Shown here piece by piece: positions 38,208 through 53,215 of a stretch of DNA of 64,000 nt. Source of the stretch: Octopus sinensis (taxonomy: Eukaryota); the NCBI RefSeq assembly GCF_006345805.1, contig NC_042997.1:63178001-63242000 (forward strand), read 5' to 3'. The notes below the pieces were generated by a model that saw only the letters and a program-made list of their open reading frames with translations, made no database searches and was not told the DNA's origin. The translations under genes were made by a program, and so were the position numbers. Position 1 is the first letter of the stretch; every line of letters begins with the position of its first letter.

Positions 38208-39511
38208 ATGCTGCGTGGCAACTGCAACCAAGTCCAAATGAAAACTTGTGTGTCTGTATATACATGCACTGGCACACATCCATACACACATACATTCATA
38301 AAGTATTTGTCATCATGATTTGGAATATAACAATATTCTTACTGGAAGCATACATCTGTAATAAACCTGACAAGATATCTATGAGCCTACATCTAACTAC
38401 CTAATCCAGATTTTGTTTTAAATAATTTGCGATCCAGGTAGCACACACTTTGAACAAGAATGACATCACTATCATTAGTTATACCTTTGTACAATTGCAC
38501 ATTATGTGTTTTCACTCCTGCTGTTAATGCACGCACAATTGAGTATAAAGCTGATCAATGATTCGTCAAGATTATTGGAGCTGTATGCATATTATTATCT
38601 CATGTTGGACTTCCGATATTTGACCTTTCATAAATGAAAAGAATTGCTTTTGAAAGTGTAATGTATCCATACAAAGTGAGCGCGATACCGTCTATAAGCA
38701 TTCTACTATACGGAACTTCAACTTTCTGCAGTTTTCAGTCATAACATTTAACTATGTAATGGGTAATTCTAATTTTCCCAAACTACATAAGCTTCTATTC
38801 CATAAGAGTTGATTTCATTGAACAGTTAAATGGCTGTTTCTTGTGATGGCCTGAAATTTCCTGTTTTGGTTTTGTGCTCTGGGTGTTTACAGAGAGCTAA
38901 TAATTTACATAAATCAATTCACAAGCCCGAACTCACATCTACCTGTCACATCTCAATCCTATTGCAAATTGAAGAGGGGTGCTTCCATACTGAGCCAGGA
39001 TGTATATTCCCGGTTTTGTGCGTCATGTGTAGATTTTAACACTGATATTTAATATTGGCATGTCACGCATCTAGCAATATCTTTTGACGTGTCATCGATA
39101 CATAATCCTTGTCTCAAATGAGGTATGTGGTGACGCACACATCATAGATGCAAAACTTTTTGGGCAGTTTCAAGTCGTTGTGTAACTAAATTTATTTCTC
39201 CAGCATCCGAAACGCAAGTGAAATCTTCCCAACACTCTGTAATTTCGGATACATTTCTGATTGTAGAGCTGCGATGATGTACCAAATAATGCACGATACA
39301 AAATATAATCACTTCTTTTCGTTCTATATACAGCTCATCTTAGCTTTCTTTAGGCTTTCTGCAATTCTCTCTCGCTCTCACACTCTCTGTACACGCGCAC
39401 ACACACACCCACACACACACACAGACTCACACACAGACTCACACACAGACTCACATACAGACTCACACACAAACACACATACAAACACACACGTTTGTGT
39501 GTTTGTGTGTG

Positions 39512-39856
39512 AAACCGCATGGCTCAGTAGTTAAGGCGTCGGGCTTACAATCATGAGATTGTGAGTTCTATTCATGGACCGGGCTGTGTGTTATGTTCTT
39601 GAGCAAGAATTTTTTTATTTAATGTTGCTCCAGTTTACTCAGCTGTGGAAATAAGTTGCGACATCACTGGTGCAAAGCTGTATTGGCCTTTGACAAGCTG
39701 TATCGACCTTTGGACAACATTGGTGGTGCGGAGCGGGGAGGCTGCTATGCATGGGTGACTGCTGCTCTTCCACAAATAGCTTTGCCCGGACTTGTGCCTC
39801 GTGGATGAATTTTCAAAGAGCAATCCCATGGTCATTCGTGACCGAAGGGTGTCTTA
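39512..39856 (+). mobile_element. tRNA-derived SINE, S2-related
   Basis: gcatggctcagtagttaaggcgtcgggcttacaatcatgagattgtgagttc head and ttcttgagcaaga central motif. Confidence 0.75.
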
Positions 39857-40319
39857 AGTACGTATGTATGTGTCTTTTCTTTTACATACATGTACATTAG
39901 TTTTGTGTTCGTTAGTAAGTCATATATTAGATTGTGTTCGCATTTCTGCACAGTAATAGAGATGATAGATTATACAACATAACGTGGGATTATTTGAAGG
40001 TTAAAAGTCATAAGTGTAGATAAAAGAACTTTTCATAAGCAACTTTAAATAATTTTTCATTAAAATTTGACAACTGACATTTTTTGCTGTATTTGACATT
40101 CTGCAAAATGATCTTACTTCTCTCTATTTGTTTCCATTATTTGGCATTAGAATAAATTGAATAAATCTTGATTAATGGTATCTTTTCCTAACTGACATGT
40201 AATCGATCATTGCAAGGTCAGAGGTAGAAGAAATGACGTCATCGCTGTCTTCATATTATTTGATAGTTTCTTATAATTTACGTTGCACCCACGCAGATAT
40301 ATGCACGGATAAATAGACG

Positions 40320-40491
40320 CACACACACATATATATATTTACATAAAATACATACACGCACGCACACACACACACACCACACACACACACACACATATAT
40401 ATTTACATAAAATACATACACGCACGCACACACACACACACACACCACACACACACACATATATATATTATATATATATGTGTGTGTGTAA

Positions 40492-40562
<71 letters not shown>

Positions 40563-40610
40563 AGGACACACGCACAGACATTTGTGTATACATATATATA
40601 TATGTATAAG
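40320..40610. repeat. Compound (CA)/(TA) microsatellite with a ~60-bp internal duplication
   Basis: atatatatttacataaaatacatacacgcacgcacac occurs twice. Confidence 0.9.
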
Positions 40611-41090
40611 TATCAGTAAATATTCATATGAATATGTAGATGTAAACTACCCAGGTAGAAAAAGTTTTCCATGGGGAGTTTAAAACCAATAATTGCGTAT
40701 TGTAGTATTTGCTCTTTGTACAACATAATATATTGCTTTCTTTTTTACCTAACTGTTGGGAATAGCTTCGAGATCATAAGCACACACACCCCTCCTGCAC
40801 ACACACTCACACTCACACCCAGAAACAGTCAGTTTCATATAGCAATGTGTCTATGTGTGGCTGTTTCTTTTGTCTAATCTAAACATGACTATTTGGCTTC
40901 TGTACGTAGATACTGTGCTTACGTTCCAGTGTATAGCTTTGTTGTACATATAGCATATTTCCATTTAATGTCATGTATTTTTCTCACTTAGTTGACTGGG
41001 CAGGGTTTTTACAAAGGCTTCTTTAGCTATGTATTACTAAGAGAAATGAACAGTCATCTCGTTTTCGGTTATTATAATAAACATGATATA

Positions 41091-41305
41091 GGCAGCGCGT
41101 TGGCTGAATCGTAGGCACGCCGGACATAATGCTTAGCGGCATTTCATTTGTTTTTATATTCTGAGTTCAAATTCCGTCGGGGCCGACTTTGTCTTTTATC
41201 CTTTCGGGGTCGATAAAATAAGTACCAGTCAAGAACTAGAATCTATAAAATCGGTTACCCCTCCTATCACAAACTGCTGGCCCTGTGCCGAAATATGAAA
41301 ATCGT
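41091..41305 (+). mobile_element. SINE family S3
   Basis: ggcagcgcgttggctgaatcg..cacgccggac..atgcttagcggcatttc..ttctgagttcaaattccgtcgggg. Confidence 0.75.
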
Positions 41306-41324
41306 TATAAATACAATTATGTGG

Positions 41325-41480
41325 AGGCACGTGTCTTAGTGGTTATAGGTTTTGCATTCAGGATAATAAGATTGTGGTTTTGATTCCTGGACCGAGCGAT
41401 GCGTGATGTTCTTGAGCAAAGCACTTCATTTCCCGATGCTCCAGTTCATTCAGCTGGCAAAAAATAATAATCCTGTATAA
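41325..41480 (+). mobile_element. SINE S2-related head fragment
   Basis: ggaggcacgtgtcttagtggtt..ttcttgagcaaagcacttcattt..gctccagttcattcagctggcaaaaa. Confidence 0.6.
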
Positions 41481-41959
41481 AACAGGGAGCTGACTGTCAC
41501 TGGTCTCGCCGGGCCACGCTTAGCAGCACTTTGTCAGTCTTTACGTGCTGGGTTCAAATTCCACCAAGGTCGACTTTGCTTTCCATCCTTTTTGTGTCGA
41601 TGAAATAAGTACCAATCACATTTAATGTAGTTAACTCTCTTCTGCAAAATTTCGAGCCTTGTGCGTATAACAGAAATAATTTTTATAACTACATTTGGAT
41701 TTAATAGGGAGAAATCTTGAAATGGACACTTAGAACTATCCACAAGATGAAATAAAAACAATATAAAACCGTCTCTTTTCAAAAAATTCTTAGTTGTAGA
41801 AAATTCTTTACCCATTCTGATTGAAATATTTTTTAACCAGTCTAATACAAACATACACCGGAGATATAATGCGAACGGTATGTAAACATATATTCATGCA
41901 TATATCATATGCAATTGTCCAAAGGTATATTATGATACTCATTTAAAATGTTTGCCCAA

Positions 41960-42132
41960 GGCCAGTAATTTCCGGGGAAGGGATAAAGCAACTGGTACTT
42001 ATTTCATTGACCCCGAAAGAATGACATGCGAAGTCACCGTTGATAGAATTTGAACTCAGAACGGAAAGAGGAGCGTAATGCCGCTAAGAATTTTGTCCGG
42101 TGTGCAAACGATTTTGTCGGTTCACCGCCTTA
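41960..42132 (-). mobile_element. SINE family S3 fragment
   Basis: actggtacttatttcattgaccccgaaag..atttgaactcagaac..ccgctaag. Confidence 0.65.
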
Positions 42133-45100
42133 GTATATTATGATATTAAAATTCTGTCCTATAAGAATTTTCATAGCAATCGTACATCAAAGAATAGAAA
42201 TAGCGAAGGTGTACATGGTTTCTTTATACTCAAGATGCAGTAACTAAATCTGCTTGAAACTTACTCTCTCAAGATTTGCCTTACAAAAATATGCAATATT
42301 GTGGAAAATAAAGATGGTCCGGTCAGCACTTGTTTGATCATTAATGGTATGTATAAAGCAACAAAAACAACGACAACAGTAACAGCAACAACTGCAACAA
42401 AATAGCAACAGCAACGATGACGACAAAATCCACAGTTTAGGAAATCTGCACTTCAGATCTACTAAAAAGGTGAAGCCACCTGAATAATTAGGACATGTTC
42501 ATCCATGTCCTAATACATTAATACATTAAAACTAGTAAATCACATCTATGATCTGTCCTATCAGTTATTATTACAGTAAGGTATTTTAAAAGTTGTAAAT
42601 GAAGAGATAAATAACTTTATAACACGCTTCTTGTCATTACTGGTTAGCAGTAAACACTATACTAAGCAGTTCGCCAAAAGTTTTCTCCGTTTCCCCCTCT
42701 AAAATACAAAACTCTTGTTAACTGTCCCTGGTTACTCTACCTGAATAGACATCAAGAAATATAATTTCACGTTAAATATCGAAGGCATGGGTAATATTAG
42801 ATAATGATGGCTACAAAGATTATGCTGGATGTTATCTTCGGAATTTATAACTTATCTAGGCACTAGCTCTACAATCATATTTAAGTATCAGAAAATAATT
42901 TTTCGATCGACTACATATTAAGTGTTGTAAGTAGAAGCATTCCTAGATGAAACAAATCCCAAATTAGACTGGCGATAAAGTTAATGTAGTGAAACAAATT
43001 TTGTTAACAATTGATTAAAAAGAATAAAGAAGAAAAAAGACGTTATATGAATCTACCCTGGGTGACAGAATTGTAACTATTAACTGGAACTCCTAATAAA
43101 ACGTCCAATAGCTCTGTAAGGAAGAGGTTTTACTTAAGCCACCCTATTAGTCAAACCAGAAAATAGTATTTGAAAGAAAGATAAAACGAATATAATAAAA
43201 AAAAACGAAAAGCAATGTTACCAAGTCATTGTAAAGCAGTGTAAAAGAAAGGGGAAATGTCGATGGTTCATACAATTTATCTTTTGTCGAGTAAGACAGA
43301 TGGTTAGAGATAAGAGAGGAAATTAGTTGGTGCAGAGAACTGTATATGTATGTCACAGAGACCGCACAGTATATATAAATGGAATAGAATAGGGTGAGGG
43401 TGAATTTTTCTGGCAGGTGAGAGCTGTTGAACGATTGGTTGAAAATAGTGATGCAAAGTACACATTAGGTGCGTGAATACGTGTGTATGTGTGTGTGAGT
43501 ATACGTGAGAGTAGAGATGATGGAAGTTAATTGGGATTCAGATAATATTTATATAATAGAACATATATATGAAGCCTCGGGTAAATCGGAGTGCATGTAG
43601 AGACAATTATGTTTTATTTACATGCATGTGTGGCTATTGGAAAATGAATGCTTGAAAGTGCGTGCGTGAATGCTTATCCTTGTGCATAAGGGTGTGTGTG
43701 TGTGTGTGTGTTCGGAGGATAATGGAAAAGTAAATGTGTATTGATGTGGTTTTTTACTAAGTGAAAATTAACTGTTATTTCTGGAAGATTTGCAAAGGAG
43801 TGCCATGGTTTTGTTGAATCCACAGAAGCAAAAAGGAAAGTGGGCGTGACGTGGATAACCGAAGTAACAGGAAACAGTTTGAAGTGAACGTTGCTATTTC
43901 GTTAGACATTCAACAAAAGCTTTATAAATCGATCAAAGTAACCGCGGAAATGAGTCTCCTATACATAGAAAAGCATTTTAAATGAAACATGTTGTTTAAC
44001 CGATAAATGCCGATACTGAGAAATTTTAGATGGCCAACGAAATAGCAACACACCAGTAAAACACTCACCACTAACTTCATATATCCAGGTTATTCATACC
44101 TTCGTCTTTTGTGCGTGTGTATGCGTATGTTGTATGAGTATGCGCGTGTGCGCGCGTGTGTAGTCTTCTTCAACACCATGACTATTTTTGTTGTTCCTTC
44201 CAGGAAAAGCAGTTAATCTTCTAATTAGGGAGTACCTTTTCATCGAAGTATTAATAATCGGTTAGATTTGCTATAAAATCTCAGCATGCACGCTAGTGAA
44301 CGTCCACCTGTGAAACTGCACACCATCCAGCCACACACATAATGCTTTACTATGACTCCCAATACGCAATTTCAATTATTCACTCATACACATCTGTTCC
44401 TGCATACATTCTGTTACGTCAATGTCACATCTCCTCCAACAAGCTAATATGCCAATACTACCTAGACCACTACTACCACTAATTTTCTGCGCCTTCTATC
44501 TCACACGTTTGCTTGTACATTAATTGTTTTAGCTCATGATCAAATTTAACACACCGCTGAACAATTCTCTCTTCTGAAAGAAACAACTTGCTATTACCCA
44601 ATCCCATTCTTTCATTAATTACCAAAGAAATACTGTTAAATCCAGGTACATTTTTCTCCATGAGCTAATTATTTTTATTTCATCTATGCCTATCTAATTT
44701 GATAAAGGAAAATTATCCAAAACGTTGATATGATATGTCTTACTTTTTCCACTGTGTAATGCATTGACTTGTTATTTATTCTATTTTCCTGTTTCGTAGT
44801 TAACATTCTCAACAGAATGGCAAGTAGATATTTGTTATCGAATAATCAACAGTCTGCACTGGTATTAGAATCATGTGTTATTGTGTTGTTTGTTGTTTTC
44901 TCTTCTTCGTCTCTGATTGTTCTGTTTGCCGAGTGTCTTGTAATAAAGGTGCTTTATATTTGTATGTATATATTCCTGATATATCGGATTACTGTTGACA
45001 TTTGTCTAATAATGATTTTTCCTTCTTATATTTGCTAATGTATATTCTTTGGTGTATAAATAGTAGGTTATTTTAACTTAACAACTGGAAAGCACAAAAT

Positions 45101-45399
45101 GAGCTGAAAATTAATAATACATGACAATGTAGATGTCATGACGAATAGCAATCTAATACCAGCTAATGAGATGGGACTTACATGGTCAACATAGCTGCTA
45201 GAAATAACAAATAAATACCGCTCTGATCACGCAGGAATGTCTTAGATAAAGAAACGATACTGTAGAATATAAGTTTTTGAAATACTATAAAAGAAGAGAA
45301 ACAAATATTATAATTCCAACATAGGAAGATATTTGATATGTCTGCTTGGTCAGGAATTAAGGGAGATATAATTTGCAACTAATACACAAGGAAATATTA

Positions 45400-45595
45400 T
45401 TTTCTAATTTTGACAGTAATTTGGAGGGAAAGGGAAAGTCGAATACATCGATCCCACTAGTACATATTTTTTCGATTCCGAAAGGAGTTAAGGCAAAGTC
45501 GACCTTTGGAACATTTGAGCTCGGAATATAAAGACGGAAGAAATGCCGCTTAACACTGCTCGACGCGGTAACAATCCCACAAGCTCGCCCTCTTA
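45400..45595 (-). mobile_element. SINE family S3 fragment
   Basis: ccgaaaggagttaaggcaaagtcgacc..atttgagctcggaat..aaatgccgct. Confidence 0.6.
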
Positions 45596-45894
45596 ATACA
45601 GAAGGTAAAAATACTCACTCTCTCACCCTGTCACTCATTCATTCATTCATTCACTCGCCAATTCATTAATTCAATTAATCAGTCAATCGTCACTCGGTCA
45701 CGTCCTCACTCACTCACTCACTCACTTACTTTCACATTGCTCACTCACTCAGTTATATACTCACTCAACCACTACTCACCCACTTACAGTTATAGCATCA
45801 GAACTTCTAAAAACATTGATGTGGGGCCAGATTGGTAGATTTATTCACTTCTTTCAGCTCACAAGCACTTAATCGCTCTTTGACTTTGCATGCA

Positions 45895-45931
45895 TGTATA
45901 TATGCGCATATATATGTATGTATGTATGTGC

Positions 45932-45962
<31 letters not shown>

Positions 45963-45976
45963 TGTATGTATGTATG
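45895..45976. repeat. (TATG)n microsatellite
   Basis: Direct reading. Confidence 0.95.
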
Positions 45977-46735
45977 TCGTTATTCAGTTTATTTCAAGAT
46001 TTCTTGCCAATAAAGAGCCGGTTTCTAACCTAGATCGAAGGCTTTTTCATTGGAATCTCAACATCAACAGGGTATTTTCGCACGTACATACCTGTGTATG
46101 TATTTATGTATGTATGTATTATGCATATAGTTGCATATCTAGACATGCAGCTATATATTTAAATGATAAAACATTTAAACATATATTTAAATGATAAACT
46201 TTTGGAACGTTTTACAGATTTTACAGTTCCAGTGATAGTCTTCGAAATAGCTTTCTCCTTTCTGGTTTTGAGAAGCCTAATTTCCCAAGATTGGTATTTA
46301 AGCAATGTATTACATATCCCAGAGCCCCAATCATTACATGTATAAATCTGAACTTATAATCTGGATAGAGTAACTGCTGATTTCTAAATAGTCCAGCATA
46401 GGTGTTCTCTTTTTCGCTGATCTTCAGCTTTGTGTTAACATCTGCTGGGCAACTAATTTCCACAACTGTGCACAGTTTATCTTCTCTGTCCCAAATCATT
46501 ATATCAGGTCTGTTGTGCTTACATTTTATTGAGGTCTTCACTGGGACATTCCAACAGCACCTCTTTTTATTATGAGTGGCTATGGCTTCTGCTATACTGT
46601 GGTTTCTTATTTCTTTGTCCTCGGGATTATCTTTCCGACGGATTTCATTATAAAGTGTCCTAACTACAATGGTTAGAGATAAGAGAACTACGCATTGTGA
46701 CCAGCGATGAGTAGCAACATCTGATGATCTTGTTG
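45977..46735 (-). mobile_element. 3' fragment of a distinct RLE-clade LINE (R4/Dong/NeSL-like), probably ending in (CATA)n
   Basis: KHNRPDIMIWDREDKLCTVVEISCPADVN..EKENTY..MIGALG, then TVKICKTF near 46200. The putative 3' UTR piece 46080-45977 runs into (ATAC)n. Confidence 0.7.
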
Positions 46736-46800
46736 GTCACATGATATATTTTCAGCGGTGGTACCCCAGCATGGCCGCTAAAATATTTTTAAGAATTTAA

Positions 46801-46948
46801 GGATATATATACACACATACATATATATACATATATATATATATGTACATGTATATATATACATATACATATATACATATATACATATATACATATATAC
46901 ATATATATATAATATATATATATATACATATACATATATATATACATA

Positions 46949-47020
<72 letters not shown>
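46801..47020. repeat. (TA/CATATA) microsatellite
   Basis: Direct reading. Confidence 0.95.
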
Positions 47021-47024
<4 letters not shown>

Positions 47025-47860
47025 CGTGTGTGTGGATGATTGGTTATGCATATTTGTGTAACTGCACATGCACACACACTCAGAGGCACACTGAGACACA
47101 CACAGACATACAGACACGCACACATATAGTGTATATTCTCGCTTACAAACACATTCTTAACAATAACTATGTAAGATTAAAAATTCACAACAGCTGTGTC
47201 GCAGCATTATATTGATGCCTTCCCATTGTGGCAATCTTCTGCCATGTGCTGGTAAATTTAAACATAAAAAGTTAAGGCAGAAAAAGTAGTGACAAGTTCC
47301 TCAAGAATCGTGGTCTAACAAGTGTTTCCTTGAAAATGATATGTTGTTGTTTCGATGAAATCTATGACTGTCTCTTTAAATCGCTGCCGAATCAGTTGTG
47401 AATTTTGAACACCGTTTGCCTTCTGTAACATTTGGAATATCTTGAAGCACATGCTATAAATAATGGTATGTAAATATTGGGCTGAAAAGCTCATGTTGAT
47501 AGAAAATGACGAACGATGCACGTGGGACTCGAACCTGCATCTCATATTGATGTGACAGTAGCTTTGCAATTACTCTAAAGCAATTCTTCGAGTTCCTTGT
47601 TCTATTTTATAGATTTCAATCTTACCAGTGATAGTCGTATGTTGTTGACCTCGTAAGAATTTTATAAACTTTCGACAGAAGGTAAACTAATTCTGTTTGG
47701 TTATATCTCGAAGCACAAATATAAAGTTATAAATAATAACATGCAAATATACATGTATGTATGTATTTTTTAACGATTTTTAAATATATGGAGATACCTA
47801 CATATCTAAGTACATGCATGCAATATACAATTACGCATAAATATGCGTATGTATACACAC

Positions 47861-48048
<188 letters not shown>

Positions 48049-48900
48049 TATGAAGAGATAGATAGATAGAGAAAAGATATACGTATATAAATATGCAGGA
48101 TCTCTTTTCGATTTTTATTGTCATATATTTTTGTAATATTGATTTCCTAGAATATAATTTTACATAGTTCCTTCACTTCATGGACAAATTTGGATTGTGC
48201 AGCATATTCAAATACATACCGAAGCATTTATCCAGCATGCTGTGCCATCTAGCTGACATTTGACAATAACATACGAGAAGATTTTACGTCACAAGCTATT
48301 GTATTTGCTAGCCAGTTTAAATTACTTGAAATCGATAATACATCTCTCTGTAGGCAATTTTACTTTTAAAATCTTCGTTCTTTAACTGATTACGGTAGAA
48401 ATATAATGCACTATCATTTTGTATCACTAAAGGTCACGTGTTAGATGGTTATATGTGCCTGAGAGTGCTGAAATGCTACTTCGATCTAGTTGATGACGAA
48501 CAATCAGATTGTGGAGTTTAAGTCCCTTGGGTGATAAGACTAATTGAATTTTTTAATTAGTCCAAGATTCAGTTAGATTGTCGTCATAACTCTACTGTGG
48601 ATCCGTGTGATTCCACGGTTTCCTTCGGCCCAGTTCATGTAAAATTGCTTATTCACGCTTTCTCCGCTGTGTTATATATTTTATACATAACCGCCTAGAG
48701 AGGTTTAGTGAAATAAAGTGACACCAATACTTAGTCTGTAAAGCATAGTCCTTATTCTTACCATGTCATTTTCTGAAACGCTAAGTAACTGAATCAATAA
48801 AAAGCAAAACAATAAATATATAATAAAAGCATCAAGAAAACTAGCTATATTCTACATCAACAAATACTAAAAAAATAAGCTGTAGAATAAACGTGATACC

Positions 48901-50602
48901 TCAATTCTCCTCCAGCACCTGAGCTAGTTACTCATATATCCAAGATATATGAACAATTCACTGGTGAAGCAATGGGATCGATAACGAGACCTATCTACAC
49001 CAGCACATTTTTCGGTTATGTCAAGTCCTAAATCATCCCAGTCTGTAGACCCCACTGCAGAACTATACGGCCGGTAGAAGAACAGTCTAACACTCTAGAC
49101 AGGACCCGTCTTCTGATCGAGATAAAATATTTAATTGATGCAAGCTAAAATGTTTGGTTTCTTTGTATTCGAAATTAGAACTCCAGTTAAAATAATTACC
49201 ATTCACGTACTTGGTTCGATAAATTATCTCGTAATAAAAAATTAAAATCAAATCAATGACTGAAGATAAAATCATTGATTGCCGACCATACATAAAAAAT
49301 GTCTTATACATCACTTAACCGTCATCGTATGCTACTGTCGTTTCCCATTTTCACGGGTATGTATATAGTGACTGGTGAATATAATTTTGTAATCGTATTT
49401 TGTCAGAAGCTCACACGTCGAGTGTCTCCGAAATGCTACATTTGTGAGATAGCAATGAATATTCATTATCTTTTATCATTTAATTGTTTCATTTATTGGA
49501 CTACGGCAATACTGGAGCACAGCCCTGAAGAACTTTAGTCGAACGGATCGATCTCATTGCTTAGTGTTTGTTTTTTAAAGCCTCGTCCATATTCTATCGC
49601 TTCTTTTACCGAACCGCTGTCATTGTAATATGGACATACCAACACTGGTTTTCACCGATGAGGGATAAACACCGATATAAATAAACACACAGACACACAG
49701 ACACACACACACACACACACGCACGCACGCAAGCACGCACGCACGCGCGTATATATAAAAGATTGTATTATTCATCTCCAGAGAATTCTTGAAGTGCTGG
49801 GTAGTATATCTCCTGACCATCCTTGACCTATCGGAAATACGATGAACATCTTTCTAGCTATGATCAATTTGACATCTGCAACTGCATTATTGATTGTGTC
49901 ATATCTCATATCTGATGGTACATTTTAATATAAAAGGATTTTGATGTCATTTCTAGCAATGCGCATGATAGGGCCAGGAAATCTTCGCTGGTTTGATTTG
50001 CAATTATATTTCCTTTTCTGGAGTTTATGAGATGTAAAACTGGACATAAGATACATGCTTTATTCCAGTGAATATAAAATAATGTTTTGCGTCTGTCAAC
50101 GCTGCCGGAATCATGTTAGACAGTCCATCATTATCCGTACGTTTGCCATGTACTCCTCCCCAAGACCCACAAACTCTGCTGTCCTATTGTCATTCATGTA
50201 AGTCCCCTCGGCACCATATTTGCAACCTTAGTTACTGTTCTTTCCTCCCACATCAACGACACCATACATGATTTCCATCAGGTTCAACCTCTCCTCTTTC
50301 CTTCCTAGACCCCCAGGTCTCATTTGCACTATAGACATCAAGTTACTTTATATACTGTTACCCTCACAACAAAGATATTCAGGATTTTAAACCCATCTTT
50401 CACCTATGTATCTCTATTCTAGTGCCTCAATTCTTCTCTAGCATCTGAGCTTGTTACCCATATATCCAAGATATATGGAAAAATCACTGGTGAAGCAATG
50501 GATCAATAATAAGACCTATCTACACCAGCACATTTTTCGGTTAAATCAAGTCCTAAATCCTCTCTCAGCTTGTAGGCCTAATGCAGAACTGTACGGCCGG
50601 TA
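48901..50602 (+). repeat. Pair of diverged ~185-bp direct repeats (48901-49075 and 50428-50602)
   Basis: Shared catatatccaagatatatg..cactggtgaagcaatgg..gacctatctacaccagcacatttttcggtta..caagtcctaaatc..gcagaact.tacggccggta. Confidence 0.8.
49470..49680 (-). mobile_element. SINE S1 tail
   Basis: actggagcac..tttagtcgaacggatcga..ttctatcgcttcttttaccgaaccgct. Confidence 0.6.
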
Positions 50603-50649
50603 TTGTAACGACTGACTAGACATCACCTCTCTCTCTCTCTCTCTCTCTC

Positions 50650-52370
50650 ACGTGAGGAACTAAATGCATTCACATCCTGCGTTAGCTGTTCTTAACCTCT
50701 CTTTCCACATTACGTTCAAAATTTCCGATACAGCCATACATTCCCTCGACATCAGCGCCTTCATCTAAAAACATATCCACTCACTTTCTACCTCCGACTT
50801 TTAAAAACCAACAATTCTCATTCCTACTCGAATTTTTAACCTCGCATCCAGCCCTCACTAAAGCTCCATCCGCTGTTCTCAGTTTCTCCGTCATCGATGA
50901 CTCTACAACAGTAAACACGTTTTTCATAACACATGGCTCGCCTTTTCATTTGACGTCGTTACTCACTATCACTTAACCATTGCGCTCTGTCATGCACCCG
51001 TACCTTTGAGCGCACCTCAACCCTAATATCCGACTGCATCCCGTTTTCTCTTACCTATCATACTACTACCCTCACTCTCAAACGCAGCATCCTCTGCCTT
51101 TTCTGCTACATCCAATCTAACCGTATCACATTCAGAGTCTCTGTTCCTTTCACCTTGCTTGCAAACTTTGTAGCCTTCTCGTCCATATCTCTTCCTGTTC
51201 CATATCCCATCCCATTTCAGGATCCCTCAGCTGATTCAGTTATCCCTGTTTTACCTGCCCGTTACTTTCTAAAACCACTCTTATCAGACCTGACTACAGT
51301 AGGGACACTTTTCTTGCACCTCGTGTAACCTGATAACTGCAATCCAACGTTCTAGCTGTAAGTTTCTCTACATCGAGCAAACCGGGCGCCAAATGGCAGC
51401 TATGTTTGTGGAACATTTGCTACATATTCTGCTTGGCTGCAGATCATCTGGATTTCCCACCACCACATTTCCAAACGGAGCAGGGGCTTATTTTCTCTCC
51501 TGAAACCCATATGCTTTTCGACCATAATACTCCACATCAGTTCTTCTAACGTCCTTTTCCCCACACCAGACCCTCAATACCACTTTCCATTTCTCTTTTT
51601 CCCGCCTCCACTACACTTCTTCCATGAACCCTAGTGACACCTACATCCACCTTTTCTAACCACATTTCAACCTACGCTCACCCATAAACACTCGTTATAC
51701 CTACACCGTCCCCACATAAACAGCCTCTGCTATCTGACGCCTTCACATAGCTCTATTACACATACACACCTCATTCCTCCTTGATACACCCACCTACAAC
51801 TGTACGTCGATACACAGATATACCCAACACATTATGTGTCAACCAGGCAACTAACCAGCCCACTGACCAACCAATCAACCAACCACCCAACCAACCAACC
51901 AACCAACCAACCAACCAACCAACCAGCCAACCAGCCAACCAGCCCCCTAACCAACCAGCCCACTGACCAACCAACCAACAAACCAACCAACCAGCCAGCC
52001 AACCAACCAACCACTGTTGCACTATCTTGCGCTAATAACTTCCATACTGGTACACATCTACACTTATTCACATACACGACAACTGACTACATTTGAAACC
52101 TTCTCCTTCTGTTCATCTCAATACATGAATACACAATCCAGCTCCCTCCGCCTTTCTAAACATTCCGTTAGAATCGTATTCTCACCTGACCCCATAAATC
52201 TCCCGCTGGGTTTTTTCTACAATCAACTTTTGTCTTTCAGTTTCGTTATAATTTTCTTCTGTGTCTTACATTTGACGCAAGAGTAGAGACCAAAACGTCA
52301 AGACATTTCCCTTCCTTTTTAAGTAGGAAGCAAATGTGATAGTTGTTAAAACTTGCTCATTATGACTTAT
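50650..52370 (+). mobile_element. Decayed Penelope-like element (RT C-terminus, GIY-YIG, 3' region)
   Basis: Remnants ISDTAI..LDIS, SHSY..SHPA..SQFLR and GHFSCTSCNLITAIQRSSCKFLYIEQTGRQMAAMFVEHLLHI (approx. FTCTSSNLIYCISC..C..LYIGETGR.L..RF.EHL). Many stops. Confidence 0.7.
51840..52012. repeat. (CAAC)n/(CAGC)n tetranucleotide repeat
   Basis: Direct reading. Source of the WLVG/TNQP ORFs. Confidence 0.95.
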
Positions 52371-52399
52371 CGGTTCTCGTTTGTTTGTCCATTGCTTGT

Positions 52400-52547
52400 A
52401 TCACACACACACACATACACATGCACACACACTCTCTCTCTCTCACTTTCTCTCTATCTTCCTCTCTCTCTTTCTCTCTTTCTCTCTCTCTCTCTAACCT
52501 TGTATATTCCCTAGTCTGCATCATCTCTCTCTCCCTCTCTCTGTCTG

Positions 52548-52630
<83 letters not shown>

Positions 52631-52720
52631 GTCTATCGAACTCTGTATATACGATATATATATAGAGAGAGGAAGAGGGAAAGAGAGAGATAGTCAGAGA
52701 GGGAGAGAGAGAGAGAGAAT
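52400..52720. repeat. Compound (CA)/(CT)/(TATC)n/(GA) microsatellite
   Basis: Direct reading. Confidence 0.95.
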
Positions 52721-53215
52721 GCCAGATGGATAAATGGATGTTTATAAGATTGACATTTACAACATCATGATGATGATGACGTTTCGTAAACTCTTTCACC
52801 TTCATAATCTCTAACATTTGTAAGTCCATGAAGGATATTTTTTCTTCTTTCGCATCGTTATATTTGCGTTGTTATCTTTTCCATTTGAATCAGGTACCTT
52901 TTACATTTCAACTATACTTCATACTAACACGACATTTGAAAGTTTCAAAGAAACATGATTATACTGTAAATGCCGATTTTATTTCATAATGAACATATTC
53001 ATTCCCTATTGCCAGTGTTTTGAAAAATTTTCTGTTTGGCTACTTCTGTTTTAATGAGTTGCATCTATGTAGAATGCAAGTTGTGTTAGTCTTCAGTGTT
53101 ATTTAGTAATTATTGTGTACATTATATGCTGTGGGCCGAGAGCGTACTCTTTCAGTTATAGAATTTAACAAAGTGGCTTGTGCAAAATATGGTTAGGACT
53201 TAGATTTTATATATT

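Noticed and set aside
51771-52096. WLVG/TNQP repeat ORFs
   Set aside because: Translation of (CAAC)n
52770-52812. Minus-strand ...ac-GAAACGTC-atc as a hammerhead relic
   Set aside because: The core (uaugaag) and stem II are too degenerate to tell from chance
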